Source: Gemmatimonadota bacterium (lineage in GTDB: Bacteria > Gemmatimonadota > Gemmatimonadetes > Palauibacterales > Palauibacteraceae). From it: 64,000 nucleotides of DNA. Both the position numbers and the translations under genes were made by a program. Location of the stretch: positions 608,001-672,000 of the forward strand of contig OY762926.1 of assembly GCA_963666735.1 (NCBI GenBank). Direction: 5' to 3'. A model generated the notes under the pieces. It made no database searches. It worked only from the letters and a program-made list of their open reading frames with translations, and had not been told where the DNA came from. Numbering within the stretch: position 1 is the first letter of the stretch; each line of letters begins with the position of its first letter. Of the stretch, positions 17,752 through 27,068 are shown in pieces.

Positions 17752-18987
17752 TCAGCGCGCCCCGGTCGCCCGCGCGGCGTTCCAGCCGAGGAGCGAGAAC
17801 GCGTCGGCGACCTGCTCGTACCCCGTCCGCATGAGGAAGGCGGAGTTCTTGCCGAAGCTCTTCGCGCCCAGGATGAAGAAGCCCGGTTCGGGATTCCTCA
17901 AGGTCTCGGGTCCGAGCGTGCCCCCGGCGATGCAGCAGTCGGCGGGCGCGCCGTCCGGCCCGCCCTGAGCGGCGAGAAGCGCGGCGGAGACGCCCATGGG
18001 GCCGAGGGACGCGTAGCAGGCGTGCATCTGGAGTTGGCGATAGAGCCGGTCGTCGGGCTCGTAACCCACGTTCGCCACGATCCGGTCGAAACGGTCGCGC
18101 CGTATCTGCCCGGCGATCTCGAGGTCGACCTCGAATCCGCTCGAATCGATTTGCGTCACGGCGAGCAGCCGGCTTCGGGAGAGCCACTCGCAACCGGGCG
18201 GCGGTTCGGCGGCGATCGCGCTGGCGCGGCGCGTGAGCTTCACGCGCTCGGGAAGCGGGTCGTCCGCGATCGCCTGCAGCGGGGCGCTGCGAGCCTCGCG
18301 GCTGGCCCAGGTGAACCGCGTCCCCGGGACGGCGCGGGCCAGGGCCCCGAGGGCGCAGGCCGTGGTGGCGGCGGAATGTCCGCTGCCGAGGAGCAGCGTG
18401 CGCCGTGCCGCGTAGCGCTCGCGGTGGGCGCCGAGCGCATCCGGGACGTGGTATTCGATCGCCTGTCGCGCGGACCGCTCGCCGATGGCGGGGGTGCCGC
18501 CCGGGCCCGCCCGGTTGGGCCGCCCGTAGGTCCCCGAGCAGTCGAACACGGTCCGGGCGAACACCTCGGTCTCCGCGCCGTTCTCCTCGAGAAGAAGCCG
18601 GAAGGGATGGTCGGCCCGGGCTGCGTCGCCGAGCGCCTCGCCCTTCAGCCAGTCCGCCCGGGCCACGTCACGCACGCGGGCACCCTCGCGGACCTCCACC
18701 CGCGGCTGCAGGGCCGCGGCCAGGGGCAGGAGATAGTGCGCCCGCAACTCCGAGCCCGTGAGCAGCGCCCCCGCCGCCGGCAGTTCGACCCCGCGGCCGC
18801 GCAGAATCTCCAGCCCGGCCGGCCCCGCGTTCCACTCGAAGGGGGAGAAGAGTCGCAGCCAACCCCAGGCGCGGACGTGATCCGCCACCGCCCCGGCGTC
18901 GACCAGGACCGCCCGGAGTCCGCTGCGGGCCGCGCGGGCCGCGGCTTCGAGCCCGATCGGTCCGGCTCCGATGATCGCAAGATCCAT
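17752..18987 (-). CDS. FAD/NAD(P)-dependent oxidoreductase (flavin monooxygenase/YpdA-like)
   Basis: IIGAGPIG FAD motif, WGWLRLFSPF, DCSGTY, GSGHSA, GAKSFGKNSAFLMRTGYEQV. Confidence 0.8.
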   Translation of the reverse strand: MDLAIIGAGPIGLEAAARAARSGLRAVLVDAGAVADHVRAWGWLRLFSPFEWNAGPAGLEILRGRGVELPAAGALLTGSELRAHYLLPLAAALQPRVEVREGARVRDVARADWLKGEALGDAARADHPFRLLLEENGAETEVFARTVFDCSGTYGRPNRAGPGGTPAIGERSARQAIEYHVPDALGAHRERYAARRTLLLGSGHSAATTACALGALARAVPGTRFTWASREARSAPLQAIADDPLPERVKLTRRASAIAAEPPPGCEWLSRSRLLAVTQIDSSGFEVDLEIAGQIRRDRFDRIVANVGYEPDDRLYRQLQMHACYASLGPMGVSAALLAAQGGPDGAPADCCIAGGTLGPETLRNPEPGFFILGAKSFGKNSAFLMRTGYEQVADAFSLLGWNAARATGAR

Positions 18988-19081
18988 CGCGTGCACGGGT
19001 GCTGGCTCCAAATCCTCTGGTTCGCTGACGTCTCGACCGCCCGGTCTTCCCGCTGATTCCCTGGCAACCTACTCTCAGGCG

Positions 19082-19846
19082 ATGATGGATCGCGAGAACC
19101 CGAAGCGGGCGAGCGCATCGCCTCCGGATTGGGCCCCGGGCCCCATCACGCGATGGCTGACGCCGGTCACTCGCTGGATCATCACGAATCTCGTGGCTCC
19201 GCCCTGCGTGTTCCTTCTCTTCGGTGTCCTCAATCGAACGCGAATCTACGGGCGCCGACGAATGTCCCACGTCCCGAACACGCTCGTCCTCTCGAATCAC
19301 CAATCGATGATCGACTCGTTTCCGATCGCCTACTACCTGTTTTTTCCCGAGAAGGCGTTCAGACCCCACCTCGCGCCCTGGAATGCGGCCGCGGCGGAGA
19401 ATTTCTTCAAGAACCCGCTGTTCGCATGGGTGTTCCACCAGTTCAAGTGCATTCCGGTGCGGCGCGGCCGCCGCGATCTGAGGGCGATGATTCGCTCGGC
19501 AAGCGCGCTTCGAACGGGGACGCTCACGCTCTTCCCGGAGGGTACGCGTTCGCGGAACGGCAAGGTCGGACGGGGTCGGGCCGGCGCGGGCATGGTCATT
19601 CTCCAGAACCGCCCACAGGTGGTCCCGATCACGCTGGAGGGGCTGGACCGCGTCCTTCCCATAGGCGCCCGCCTGCCGCGGATCGGGCAGCGCGTTTCGA
19701 TCTACGTGGGTCGGCCCGTGCCGTACGACGACCTGGCCGCCGAAGGCCGTTCGCGAGAGAGCGCCCAACAGATCGTCGATCGCGTGATGGCACGGATCGA
19801 CTTCCAGCAACGCGTTCTCCGGCGGCTGCGCCGCGCCCGCGCGTAA
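19082..19846 (+). CDS. Lysophospholipid (1-acyl-G3P) acyltransferase, PlsC family
   Basis: NHQSMID (HX4D) and FPEGTRS motifs. Confidence 0.9.
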   Translation: MMDRENPKRASASPPDWAPGPITRWLTPVTRWIITNLVAPPCVFLLFGVLNRTRIYGRRRMSHVPNTLVLSNHQSMIDSFPIAYYLFFPEKAFRPHLAPWNAAAAENFFKNPLFAWVFHQFKCIPVRRGRRDLRAMIRSASALRTGTLTLFPEGTRSRNGKVGRGRAGAGMVILQNRPQVVPITLEGLDRVLPIGARLPRIGQRVSIYVGRPVPYDDLAAEGRSRESAQQIVDRVMARIDFQQRVLRRLRRARA

Positions 19847-19903
19847 CAGGCCACGGCGCGCCGGGCGCTGGACATCCGCGGTCGGATCCGACATTCTTCC
19901 CGC

Positions 19904-20041
19904 ATGACCATCACACTTTATTACGTCCTCGTGACGATTATGCTCGGACTGCTCGTGGGTCTGCTCATGGGCGGTGGTTTCGCGTTCGCATGCCGGCTCC
20001 GTGAGCTCGATGCGCCGGACGGGGAGGTCCCGCCGGGCTGA
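19904..20041 (+). CDS. 45-aa single-pass membrane protein, hypothetical
   Basis: Manual translation MTITLYYVLVTIMLGLLVGLLMGGGFAFACRLRELDAPDGEVPPG; TGGACA-N17-CATTCT promoter ends 6 nt before the ATG. Confidence 0.6.
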   Translation: MTITLYYVLVTIMLGLLVGLLMGGGFAFACRLRELDAPDGEVPPG

Positions 20042-20200
20042 CCGCACCAGACCGCATTCGCCGATCCCTCCGAACCGCGCACCTTCTTCCCGATTTTGTG
20101 ATCGCGCGCTACTTTACTGGGCTGTGAAGAGTGCGTATTCAGGCCGGAAACGTCCCGCTGCCCGTTTGCGAGCGGAGCGTCCCGGCCGTCAGAGGTGGAA

Positions 20201-20452
20201 ATGACAAAAACCTTCCAGGATGACGACGGGCGCCGGTGGAAAGCATGGCTCGCTTCGCGCGAGGTTTTCTGGCCGGACCCGAACGAAAAGGCTCCGCCCG
20301 ACGATTTCGAGGCGGTCGTGTTCGTTTGTTTCTCCGACCCCCACCAGACCCAGCGGCGGCTTCGGCTCCCGCAGGGTTCGTTCGAGCAGCTCAGTCTCGA
20401 TGATCTCAAGAAGCACTTCAAGAAGGCGAAACTCGATCCCGCCATCCGGTAG
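20201..20452 (+). CDS. Small hypothetical protein
   Basis: RBS GAGGTGG; MTKTFQDDDGRRWKAW...LKKHFKKAK; protein-like composition. Confidence 0.75.
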   Translation: MTKTFQDDDGRRWKAWLASREVFWPDPNEKAPPDDFEAVVFVCFSDPHQTQRRLRLPQGSFEQLSLDDLKKHFKKAKLDPAIR

Positions 20453-20598
20453 CCGTCCGTACGCAAACTCCCGCGTCCCGGCCGAAGGCGGCCGCGCGGG
20501 GGAGCTTGCCGCGGACCGGAACGGGTTTGCGCCTCCCGACCCGGGCGCCCGGGACTCCCTCCGATGTTTTCACCGATACCGAAAGGCCTCGTGACAGA

Positions 20599-21723
20599 AT
20601 GACCGCCGCCGCCGGAAAAGGACTGGAAGGCGTCGTCGCCTCGCAGACTTCACTCAGCTTCATCGACGGGCTCAAGGGCATCCTCGTCTATCGGGGCTAC
20701 AACATCCACGAACTCGCTCCGAACGTTTCGTTCCCCGAGAGTGTGTTCCTGCTCTGGAACGGACGGCTGCCGAGACGTACGGAACTCGACGAGTTCGAGT
20801 CGGCTCTCGCCGCCCAACGCGCTCTGGATCCGCGAACGGTGGAAGGCCTGAAGGGTCTCCCGGCGGAGACCGTCCCGATGTCGGCGCTTCGGACAGGAGT
20901 CTCCCTCGAGGGCGTGTACGATCCCGATGCCGAGGACAACTCGCTCGAGGCGAACCGGCGCAAGGCGGAACGGCTCGTGGCGCGGACCCCGGCCATCATC
21001 GCGGCGATCCACCGCATTCGGCAGGGGCTGGAGCCGCTGGAGCCCGACCCGACGCTCTCGCTGTCCGCCGACTTCGTGAGGATGGCGAACGGCGAGCCGG
21101 GCACGGAGGAAGCGGTCGAGGCCCTCGACAGGACGCTCCTCCTCTACCTGGACCACGGGTTCAACGCATCCACGTTCGCCTGTCGCGTCATCGCCGCCAC
21201 GCTCGGGGACATGCATTCCGCCGTGACCGGCGGTGTCGGGGCGCTGAAGGGCGAGTTGCACGGCGGAGCGAACGCGAGGGCGATGCACACGCTGATCGAG
21301 ATCGGTGATCCGGAAAACGTCGGACCATGGCTCGACAGGGCGTTTGCCGAAAAGCGGAAGATCATGGGCTTCGGCCACCGGGTCTACAAGACGGAGGATC
21401 CGCGGGCGACGCATCTCCGTGAGATGTCCCGTGTGCTCACCCAGCAGGCGGGGCTCGAAAAGTTCTACGAGATGTCCCGCAAGCTGGAAGACCGGATGGT
21501 CTCCGAGAAGGGGATCAATCCGAACGTCGACTTCTACTGCGCCACGGTCTACTACGCGCTGGGCATTCCGATCGACCTCTACACGCCGCTGTTCGCGATG
21601 GGGCGCATGGGCGGCTGGACGGCGCACGTCATGGAGCAGCACGCCGACAACCGGCTCATTCGGCCGCGTGCGGAGTATGTGGGTGAGATGGACCTGCGCT
21701 GGGTGCCGATGGACCAGCGCTGA
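20599..21723 (+). CDS. Citrate (or 2-methylcitrate) synthase
   Basis: KGLEGVVA, DHGFNASTF, LHGGAN, MGFGHRVYK, NVDFY, RLIRPRAEY. Confidence 0.95.
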   Translation: MTAAAGKGLEGVVASQTSLSFIDGLKGILVYRGYNIHELAPNVSFPESVFLLWNGRLPRRTELDEFESALAAQRALDPRTVEGLKGLPAETVPMSALRTGVSLEGVYDPDAEDNSLEANRRKAERLVARTPAIIAAIHRIRQGLEPLEPDPTLSLSADFVRMANGEPGTEEAVEALDRTLLLYLDHGFNASTFACRVIAATLGDMHSAVTGGVGALKGELHGGANARAMHTLIEIGDPENVGPWLDRAFAEKRKIMGFGHRVYKTEDPRATHLREMSRVLTQQAGLEKFYEMSRKLEDRMVSEKGINPNVDFYCATVYYALGIPIDLYTPLFAMGRMGGWTAHVMEQHADNRLIRPRAEYVGEMDLRWVPMDQR

Positions 21724-21792
21724 GCCGAGGCCGCGGAAAGGGCTGGAGCGGGCCGGAGCCTGCCGCGTCCGGCGCCGGCCATCACGCCAACG

Positions 21793-21839
21793 GAAGCGGG
21801 CCGCAGGCCTCCACGGCTGCCGGGCCCGCTTCTTTCGTT
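21793..21839 (+). terminator. Rho-independent terminator
   Basis: GAAGCGGGCC...GGCCCGCTTC stem followed by TTTCGTT. Confidence 0.6.
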
Positions 21840-21874
21840 GAGACAAGCTCGAGAACAAGGTCGAGACAAGGAAG

Positions 21875-23326
21875 GTGTCGGTGGAGATACGCTCGGGGAT
21901 ACCTGTCGACCGGGAACTGGATGCGCTCGTGGTCCCATGGTTCGATGGCGCGGACGCGACGGGAGAGTGGTGGGAACACCCCGCGGCCGCCTGGCTGGAG
22001 GGCCGTGGAGGCTCCGGGGAGATGTCGGGTTGGGTGCGGCTCGGGGCTCCGGAGACCCCGGATGTCTTCGTCGTCCGCCTGGACGCCGGAGCGAGGCCGG
22101 TGGCCGAGTCGTGCCGGCGCGCGGCGGGGGCCGGGGCCAGGGCGGCTCGCGAGCGCGGCCTCGGGTCGGTCGGGTTCCGCGTCCCGGAGACGGCGGACGG
22201 CGCGGTGTGGCAGGCGTCCGCCGAGGGACTCGCGCTGGGGGACTGGCGTTACGACGGGCTCCGCGACACGGAGGGCCGGACCGGCGCGCCGGAAGAACGG
22301 GTCCTCCTCGCGGGGGGCGAAGCCGGCCGGGATGCCGAGGCCGCGGTGCGGCGGGGGTGTGTGCTCGCCGCGGCGCAGAACGCCACGCGCGAACTCGTAA
22401 CGCTGCCGGGCAACGTGGCGACCCCGCGGTACCTCGCAGCCGAGGCGGAGCGGCTGGCGGGAGAGCATGGCTTCCGGGTTGAGGTGCGGGATCGGGAGCG
22501 GCTGGAGGAGGAAGGATTCGGGGGTCTCCTCACCGTGGCCCGCGGGTCCGTCGAGGAGCCGCGCTTCATCGAGATGGAGCACGAGGGTTCGGGGGGAGAT
22601 CCGGTCGTCGTGGTCGGCAAGGGCGTGACGTTCGATGCGGGAGGGATCTCGCTCAAACCCGCCTCGGGCATGGAGGACATGAAGTACGACATGGCGGGCG
22701 CCGCGGCCGTGTTCGGAATCATGATCGCGGCGGCGCGCCTCGAAATCCCGCAGCGCGTGATCGGCCTCGTGCCCGCGACGGAAAACCTCCCGGCGGGGGA
22801 TGCCGTGAAGCCGGGGGATGTGATCCGCGGGCTCTCGGGCAAATCGATCGAGGTCATCAACACGGACGCGGAGGGTCGCCTCATCCTGTCGGACGCACTC
22901 ACGTACGCCCAGCGGTTGGATCCGGTGGCGATCGTCGACATGGCCACGTTGACCGGGGCCTGCGTCATCGCCCTCGGCCATCACGCGGTGGCGGTGCTCG
23001 CGAACGACCGGGGTATCGCGGACGAGTTGTCGGAGGCCGGTGAAGCAACGGGTGAACGGACGTGGCCTCTGCCGCTGTGGAAGGCGTATCGAGCCCAGCT
23101 CGACTCCGATATCGCGGACATCAAGAACATCGGTGGCCGAGGCGCGGGCACGATCACCGCGGGCTGGTTCCTGCGCGAGTTCGTGTCGGACGACGTGCCC
23201 TGGGCCCACCTCGACATCGCGGGTACGGCATGGGCGAAGGAGGCGCGCGGCTGGCAGCCGAAGGGAGCCACCGGGGTTGGCGTCCGGCTCGTCCATGAAT
23301 GGCTGCGCGTGCGCGAGCGAGGGTGA
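21875..23326 (+). CDS. pepA: Leucyl aminopeptidase (M17)
   Basis: VGKGVTFDAGG, MKYDMAGAA, NTDAEGRL, HLDIAG. Confidence 0.95.
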   Translation: MSVEIRSGIPVDRELDALVVPWFDGADATGEWWEHPAAAWLEGRGGSGEMSGWVRLGAPETPDVFVVRLDAGARPVAESCRRAAGAGARAARERGLGSVGFRVPETADGAVWQASAEGLALGDWRYDGLRDTEGRTGAPEERVLLAGGEAGRDAEAAVRRGCVLAAAQNATRELVTLPGNVATPRYLAAEAERLAGEHGFRVEVRDRERLEEEGFGGLLTVARGSVEEPRFIEMEHEGSGGDPVVVVGKGVTFDAGGISLKPASGMEDMKYDMAGAAAVFGIMIAAARLEIPQRVIGLVPATENLPAGDAVKPGDVIRGLSGKSIEVINTDAEGRLILSDALTYAQRLDPVAIVDMATLTGACVIALGHHAVAVLANDRGIADELSEAGEATGERTWPLPLWKAYRAQLDSDIADIKNIGGRGAGTITAGWFLREFVSDDVPWAHLDIAGTAWAKEARGWQPKGATGVGVRLVHEWLRVRERG

Positions 23327-25155
23327 CGAAGTTCTTCGTCCGCGCCCTCGGCGCGCTGCTGCTCGCGGTTGGGGGCGCCTCTGCGGCCCACGCCCAGGAG
23401 CCGCCGGTTTCGGACAGCCTGGAGGTCGTGCCGGATTCGGTCCTCGCGGCGTTCGCCGACAGCACGCCGCGACGGGCACAGAGCTTTCCGGGGCGGCTGA
23501 CGGGCCTGCGCGGCCCGGCGCACGAGATCTTCGACTGCGACCGGGAGTGCGTGCATGCGTCGCCGTCCTTCACTCTCCTCGAACTCCTTCTCGAGCGCGT
23601 TCCGGGAATCACGGGGGTTCGCGGCGAGTTCTACCAGGGACCCCACCACGTCTTCGACGGCGGCTTCGGACCCGGGTTCGCGACCCTCTACATCGATGGC
23701 CGCGAAGTCCTCTCCCTCTCCCGGGCCCAGGCCGATCTCCGGCGCGTGTCGCTGAACTACGTCGACCGGGTGCGCGTGTATCGCGGCGCGGACGGGCTCG
23801 TCATCGATGTCGACCTCATCCGCCACGACGGGATCCAGGCCTACTCGCGCGTCAGCGGAGTGACCGGAGATCCCCGCTCCGAGATCCTCGACGCCGTCTT
23901 CGCCAACCGGTTGGGAGGGGCGTCGAACGTGGAAGCCTCCTTCGAGAGGTATGATGTCCAGGACCGGCAGAACAATCAGGACCGATTCGCGGTACAGGGC
24001 CGCTTCTCGTGGATGCCGCGCTCGAACGATTTCGGGGCTCAGCTCGAGTATCGTTCCGAGACCATCGAACGCACCGGGCTCGACACGCTCGAGTTCTCGC
24101 GCAGGGAATTCGTGCTCCGGACGCGGGCGAACCTCGGAGAACGGGCCCAGGTTGAAGCCTACGGGCAGGCCACGAGCTTCACGGATGTCGTCGACAACCT
24201 CCCGGACAGCATATCGCCGCCCCAACGGGGCGCGGATGGCGCCGGCCTGCGATTCTTGGCGCGACCCGGATCGGGGGCCGTGTCGATGGGCCTCCGCTTC
24301 GCCGGGCGCGACGCCTACGCATCGCGCCTTGCGGACTTCTCCGCCTGGCAGCCCATCGGTCCGTTCGCGCTCGAAGGCGGGGCGGAACTCGCGAGCTGGA
24401 ACGAGTTTCCCACGAAGTCCTGGCGGGCGGGGCTGGCCTTCCGGGAGACGCTCCTCTTCCCGATCGAACTGCGGGCGTTCACGGCGGAGGGCACCCGGGG
24501 CATCGGCTTTCCCCAACATGCCATGCTCGACAGCCTCGAGACTTCGGAATTCGTGCTCGCGGACAGCGTCCGGTTCGACTCCCGCGGCGCCTCGGCGGCC
24601 CTCGCGATCGGGCCGTTCAACCTCTCCGGCCGCTACGCGGAGCAGCGGATGGACCGGCAGTTCGGCTTCGGTGCGCCCTTCGACGGGCTCGTCGTCGCGG
24701 ACACGGGGGAGGTGGACGTCACCTCGGTGGAGGCGCGCTTCGACGGACCGGTCGTGCCGCTCGGCGTGCTGCTCCGGGGCGTGGAACCGATCCGCCTGCG
24801 CGCTTCATGGCGGAAGTTCGATTCCCGCGGCGCCGAGACCCTTTTTCTCCCCGAACGCCTGTTCCGCACGGAGCTATACCTGTACGACACCTTTTTCGAG
24901 GAGAACCTTCGGATCTGGGTGTCCGTGTTCGTCGACCGGCGCGGCGCGCGGCTGGTCCCGGTGCCCGGCTCGCCCGATCCGGCGATGCTGGACGCCGACA
25001 GCTGGATGGGGGGACACCTGATGTTCAAGATCGGCGACTTTCGGTTCTTCTGGCGTTTCGGCAACCTGGGCGGGGACGAGATCGGAGATTTTCAGGGGGC
25101 GCTGTTCCCCCGGCAGCTCAACGTGTTCGGCCTTCGCTGGGAGTTCTTCAATTGA
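23323..25155 (+). CDS. Outer-membrane beta-barrel protein with plug-like N-domain (TonB-dependent-receptor-like)
   Basis: Signal peptide ASAAHA|Q; LLERVPGI...LYIDG...VDRVRVYRGA plug-like motif; C-terminal FGLRWEFFN beta-signal. Confidence 0.65.
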   Translation: MTKFFVRALGALLLAVGGASAAHAQEPPVSDSLEVVPDSVLAAFADSTPRRAQSFPGRLTGLRGPAHEIFDCDRECVHASPSFTLLELLLERVPGITGVRGEFYQGPHHVFDGGFGPGFATLYIDGREVLSLSRAQADLRRVSLNYVDRVRVYRGADGLVIDVDLIRHDGIQAYSRVSGVTGDPRSEILDAVFANRLGGASNVEASFERYDVQDRQNNQDRFAVQGRFSWMPRSNDFGAQLEYRSETIERTGLDTLEFSRREFVLRTRANLGERAQVEAYGQATSFTDVVDNLPDSISPPQRGADGAGLRFLARPGSGAVSMGLRFAGRDAYASRLADFSAWQPIGPFALEGGAELASWNEFPTKSWRAGLAFRETLLFPIELRAFTAEGTRGIGFPQHAMLDSLETSEFVLADSVRFDSRGASAALAIGPFNLSGRYAEQRMDRQFGFGAPFDGLVVADTGEVDVTSVEARFDGPVVPLGVLLRGVEPIRLRASWRKFDSRGAETLFLPERLFRTELYLYDTFFEENLRIWVSVFVDRRGARLVPVPGSPDPAMLDADSWMGGHLMFKIGDFRFFWRFGNLGGDEIGDFQGALFPRQLNVFGLRWEFFN

Positions 25156-25186
25156 TCGACCGGGTGCCGCTTCGGGAGACATCGAC

Positions 25187-26068
25187 GTGATTCGCAGCAT
25201 GACCGGCTACGGCTCGGCGACCGTGACGCGGGAGAGCGGGACGGTCACGGTTGAAGCGCGCTCGGTGAATTCCCGGGGGCTTAAAGTCGTGGTGAAGGCG
25301 CCCCCGGGAGGGGAGCGCTGGGAAGGCGACCTTCGCGCCCTCGCCGAATCCCTGGCCCGCCGCGGCCGCCTGGACCTGTTCGTCCGGGTGGAGAGCATGC
25401 CGGACGCGGGAAACACGAGTCTGGACGAGGCACGCGTGCGGGAAGTACTCGATGCGTGTGCCCGGCTCCGGGATGACTTCGGCGTGTCCGGCGAACCGGA
25501 CATGGCTTCGCTGCTTCGCGTGGGCGGCATCTTCCGGAAGGCGGGCGGCGAGGGCGCGGAGTTCGAGCCGGATCCGAACGATGTGAAGCAGGCTGCGGCG
25601 GACGCGCTCGACCTGCTGGTGGAGATGCGGGATCGGGAGGGCGCTCGACTCGAGGTCGATCTTCGGGGGCGGCTGGCGGGCATCCGGGGCGCCGTCGATG
25701 GTGCGGAGACGCTGGCGCCGGAACGCCTCGAACGCGAACGGCGCCGGCTTCGCGAGGCGGTCGACGGCCTGGCCGGGAAGGGCCTGGATGAGGATCGACT
25801 GATGCGCGAGATCGCGCTCATCGCGGACCGCTGGGAGATCAGCGAGGAGCTGGTGCGGGCCCGCTCGCATGTGGAGGCCTTCGAGGAGTTTCTGGACGGC
25901 CCGGCCGACGAGCCGGTGGGGCGGCGGCTCGGCTTTCTCGTCCAGGAGTTGCAGCGCGAAGTCAACACGCTGGGCGCAAAGGCGAACGACCCCCGCATCT
26001 CGCGACTCGTGGTGGAGGCCAAGAACGAGATCGAGAGGCTCCGGGAGCAGGTGGAGAACGTCGAGTGA
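25187..26068 (+). CDS. yicC: YicC/YloC-family endoribonuclease
   Basis: MIRSMTGYG, RSVNSR, GRRLGFLVQELQREVNTLGAK, REQVENVE. Confidence 0.95.
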   Translation: MIRSMTGYGSATVTRESGTVTVEARSVNSRGLKVVVKAPPGGERWEGDLRALAESLARRGRLDLFVRVESMPDAGNTSLDEARVREVLDACARLRDDFGVSGEPDMASLLRVGGIFRKAGGEGAEFEPDPNDVKQAAADALDLLVEMRDREGARLEVDLRGRLAGIRGAVDGAETLAPERLERERRRLREAVDGLAGKGLDEDRLMREIALIADRWEISEELVRARSHVEAFEEFLDGPADEPVGRRLGFLVQELQREVNTLGAKANDPRISRLVVEAKNEIERLREQVENVE

Positions 26069-26730
26069 GCCCCGCGCCATCCGGGGCCGGTACCCTCTTT
26101 CCCGTCATTCTCTCCGGACCTTCCGGGGCCGGGAAGACGACGATCCGAGATCGGTTGCTCGCCAACGCCGGCTCCCCCGGATTCCTGTTCTCGGTCTCGA
26201 TGACGACGAGAGCGCCGCGCGCGGGAGAACGGGATGGCGTGGACTACCGGTTCGTCTCGCGGACCCGGTTCGAGGCGCTGGTGGACGCGGGGGCCATGCT
26301 CGAACACGCGACCGTCCACGGCGAACGCTACGGGACGCCGCGCGACAATCTCGAGCGGGCGCGGAACGCAGGCGCCCATCTCCTGCTGGACATCGACGTG
26401 CAGGGGGCTCGGCAGGTGTGGGAGGCCGTCGCGGACGTCCTCTCGATCTTCATCGTCCCGCCCACCGGGAAGCGGATTGCGCGGCAACTGCGGGGGAGGG
26501 GCAGCGAAAATCCGGAGCAACTCCGGCGCCGGCTCGCGAACGCGCGGTCGGAGCTGCGCGCCGCGGCGGAGTTCGATCGTCTCGTCGTCAACGACCGGAT
26601 CGAAAACGCGGTCGCCGAAGTGTCGGCACTCGTCGCGAAGGGACTCGTGCCTCCTCGCCGCCTCGAGTCGGCAGAGCGGCGATACGTGAAACGCATCATC
26701 GGCGAAATCGGGGAGTTGGATACCGTTTGA
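26065..26730 (+). CDS. gmk: Guanylate kinase
   Basis: GPSGAGKTT, TTRAPRAGERDGVDYRF, LDIDVQGA. Confidence 0.95.
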   Translation: MSPAPSGAGTLFPVILSGPSGAGKTTIRDRLLANAGSPGFLFSVSMTTRAPRAGERDGVDYRFVSRTRFEALVDAGAMLEHATVHGERYGTPRDNLERARNAGAHLLLDIDVQGARQVWEAVADVLSIFIVPPTGKRIARQLRGRGSENPEQLRRRLANARSELRAAAEFDRLVVNDRIENAVAEVSALVAKGLVPPRRLESAERRYVKRIIGEIGELDTV

Positions 26731-26830
26731 CGCATGTGGTAGATTCCCGAACGGGCGCGGTCCGGCCGGGACCGCCGCGCGGAATGCCATGGACGGCGCT
26801 GGACCCTGAGGGTCGAGGGAGAGAAATAGA

Positions 26831-27052
26831 ATGAAGGTGTTTACGCCGGACGCCGTGGCGAAGGCGGCGACCAACAAGTACCTGGGCGTACTCGTCGCCG
26901 CGAAGTATGCGCGCGAACTCAACGCCCTCCCGTTGGAGCGCTCGCCATACGGCGCGGAGAAGCTGACGACGGTCGCCGCGGACGCGCTGACCTCGGAAGA
27001 AAAGAAGCTGCAATACCGGCTCGTCCGGGCGCGCCCCACCCTGATGCCCTAG
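26831..27052 (+). CDS. rpoZ: RNA polymerase omega subunit
   Basis: NKYLGVLVAAKYARELN; gmk-rpoZ-coaBC synteny. Confidence 0.85.
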   Translation: MKVFTPDAVAKAATNKYLGVLVAAKYARELNALPLERSPYGAEKLTTVAADALTSEEKKLQYRLVRARPTLMP

Positions 27053-27068
27053 CGCACCCGGCGCCTCC

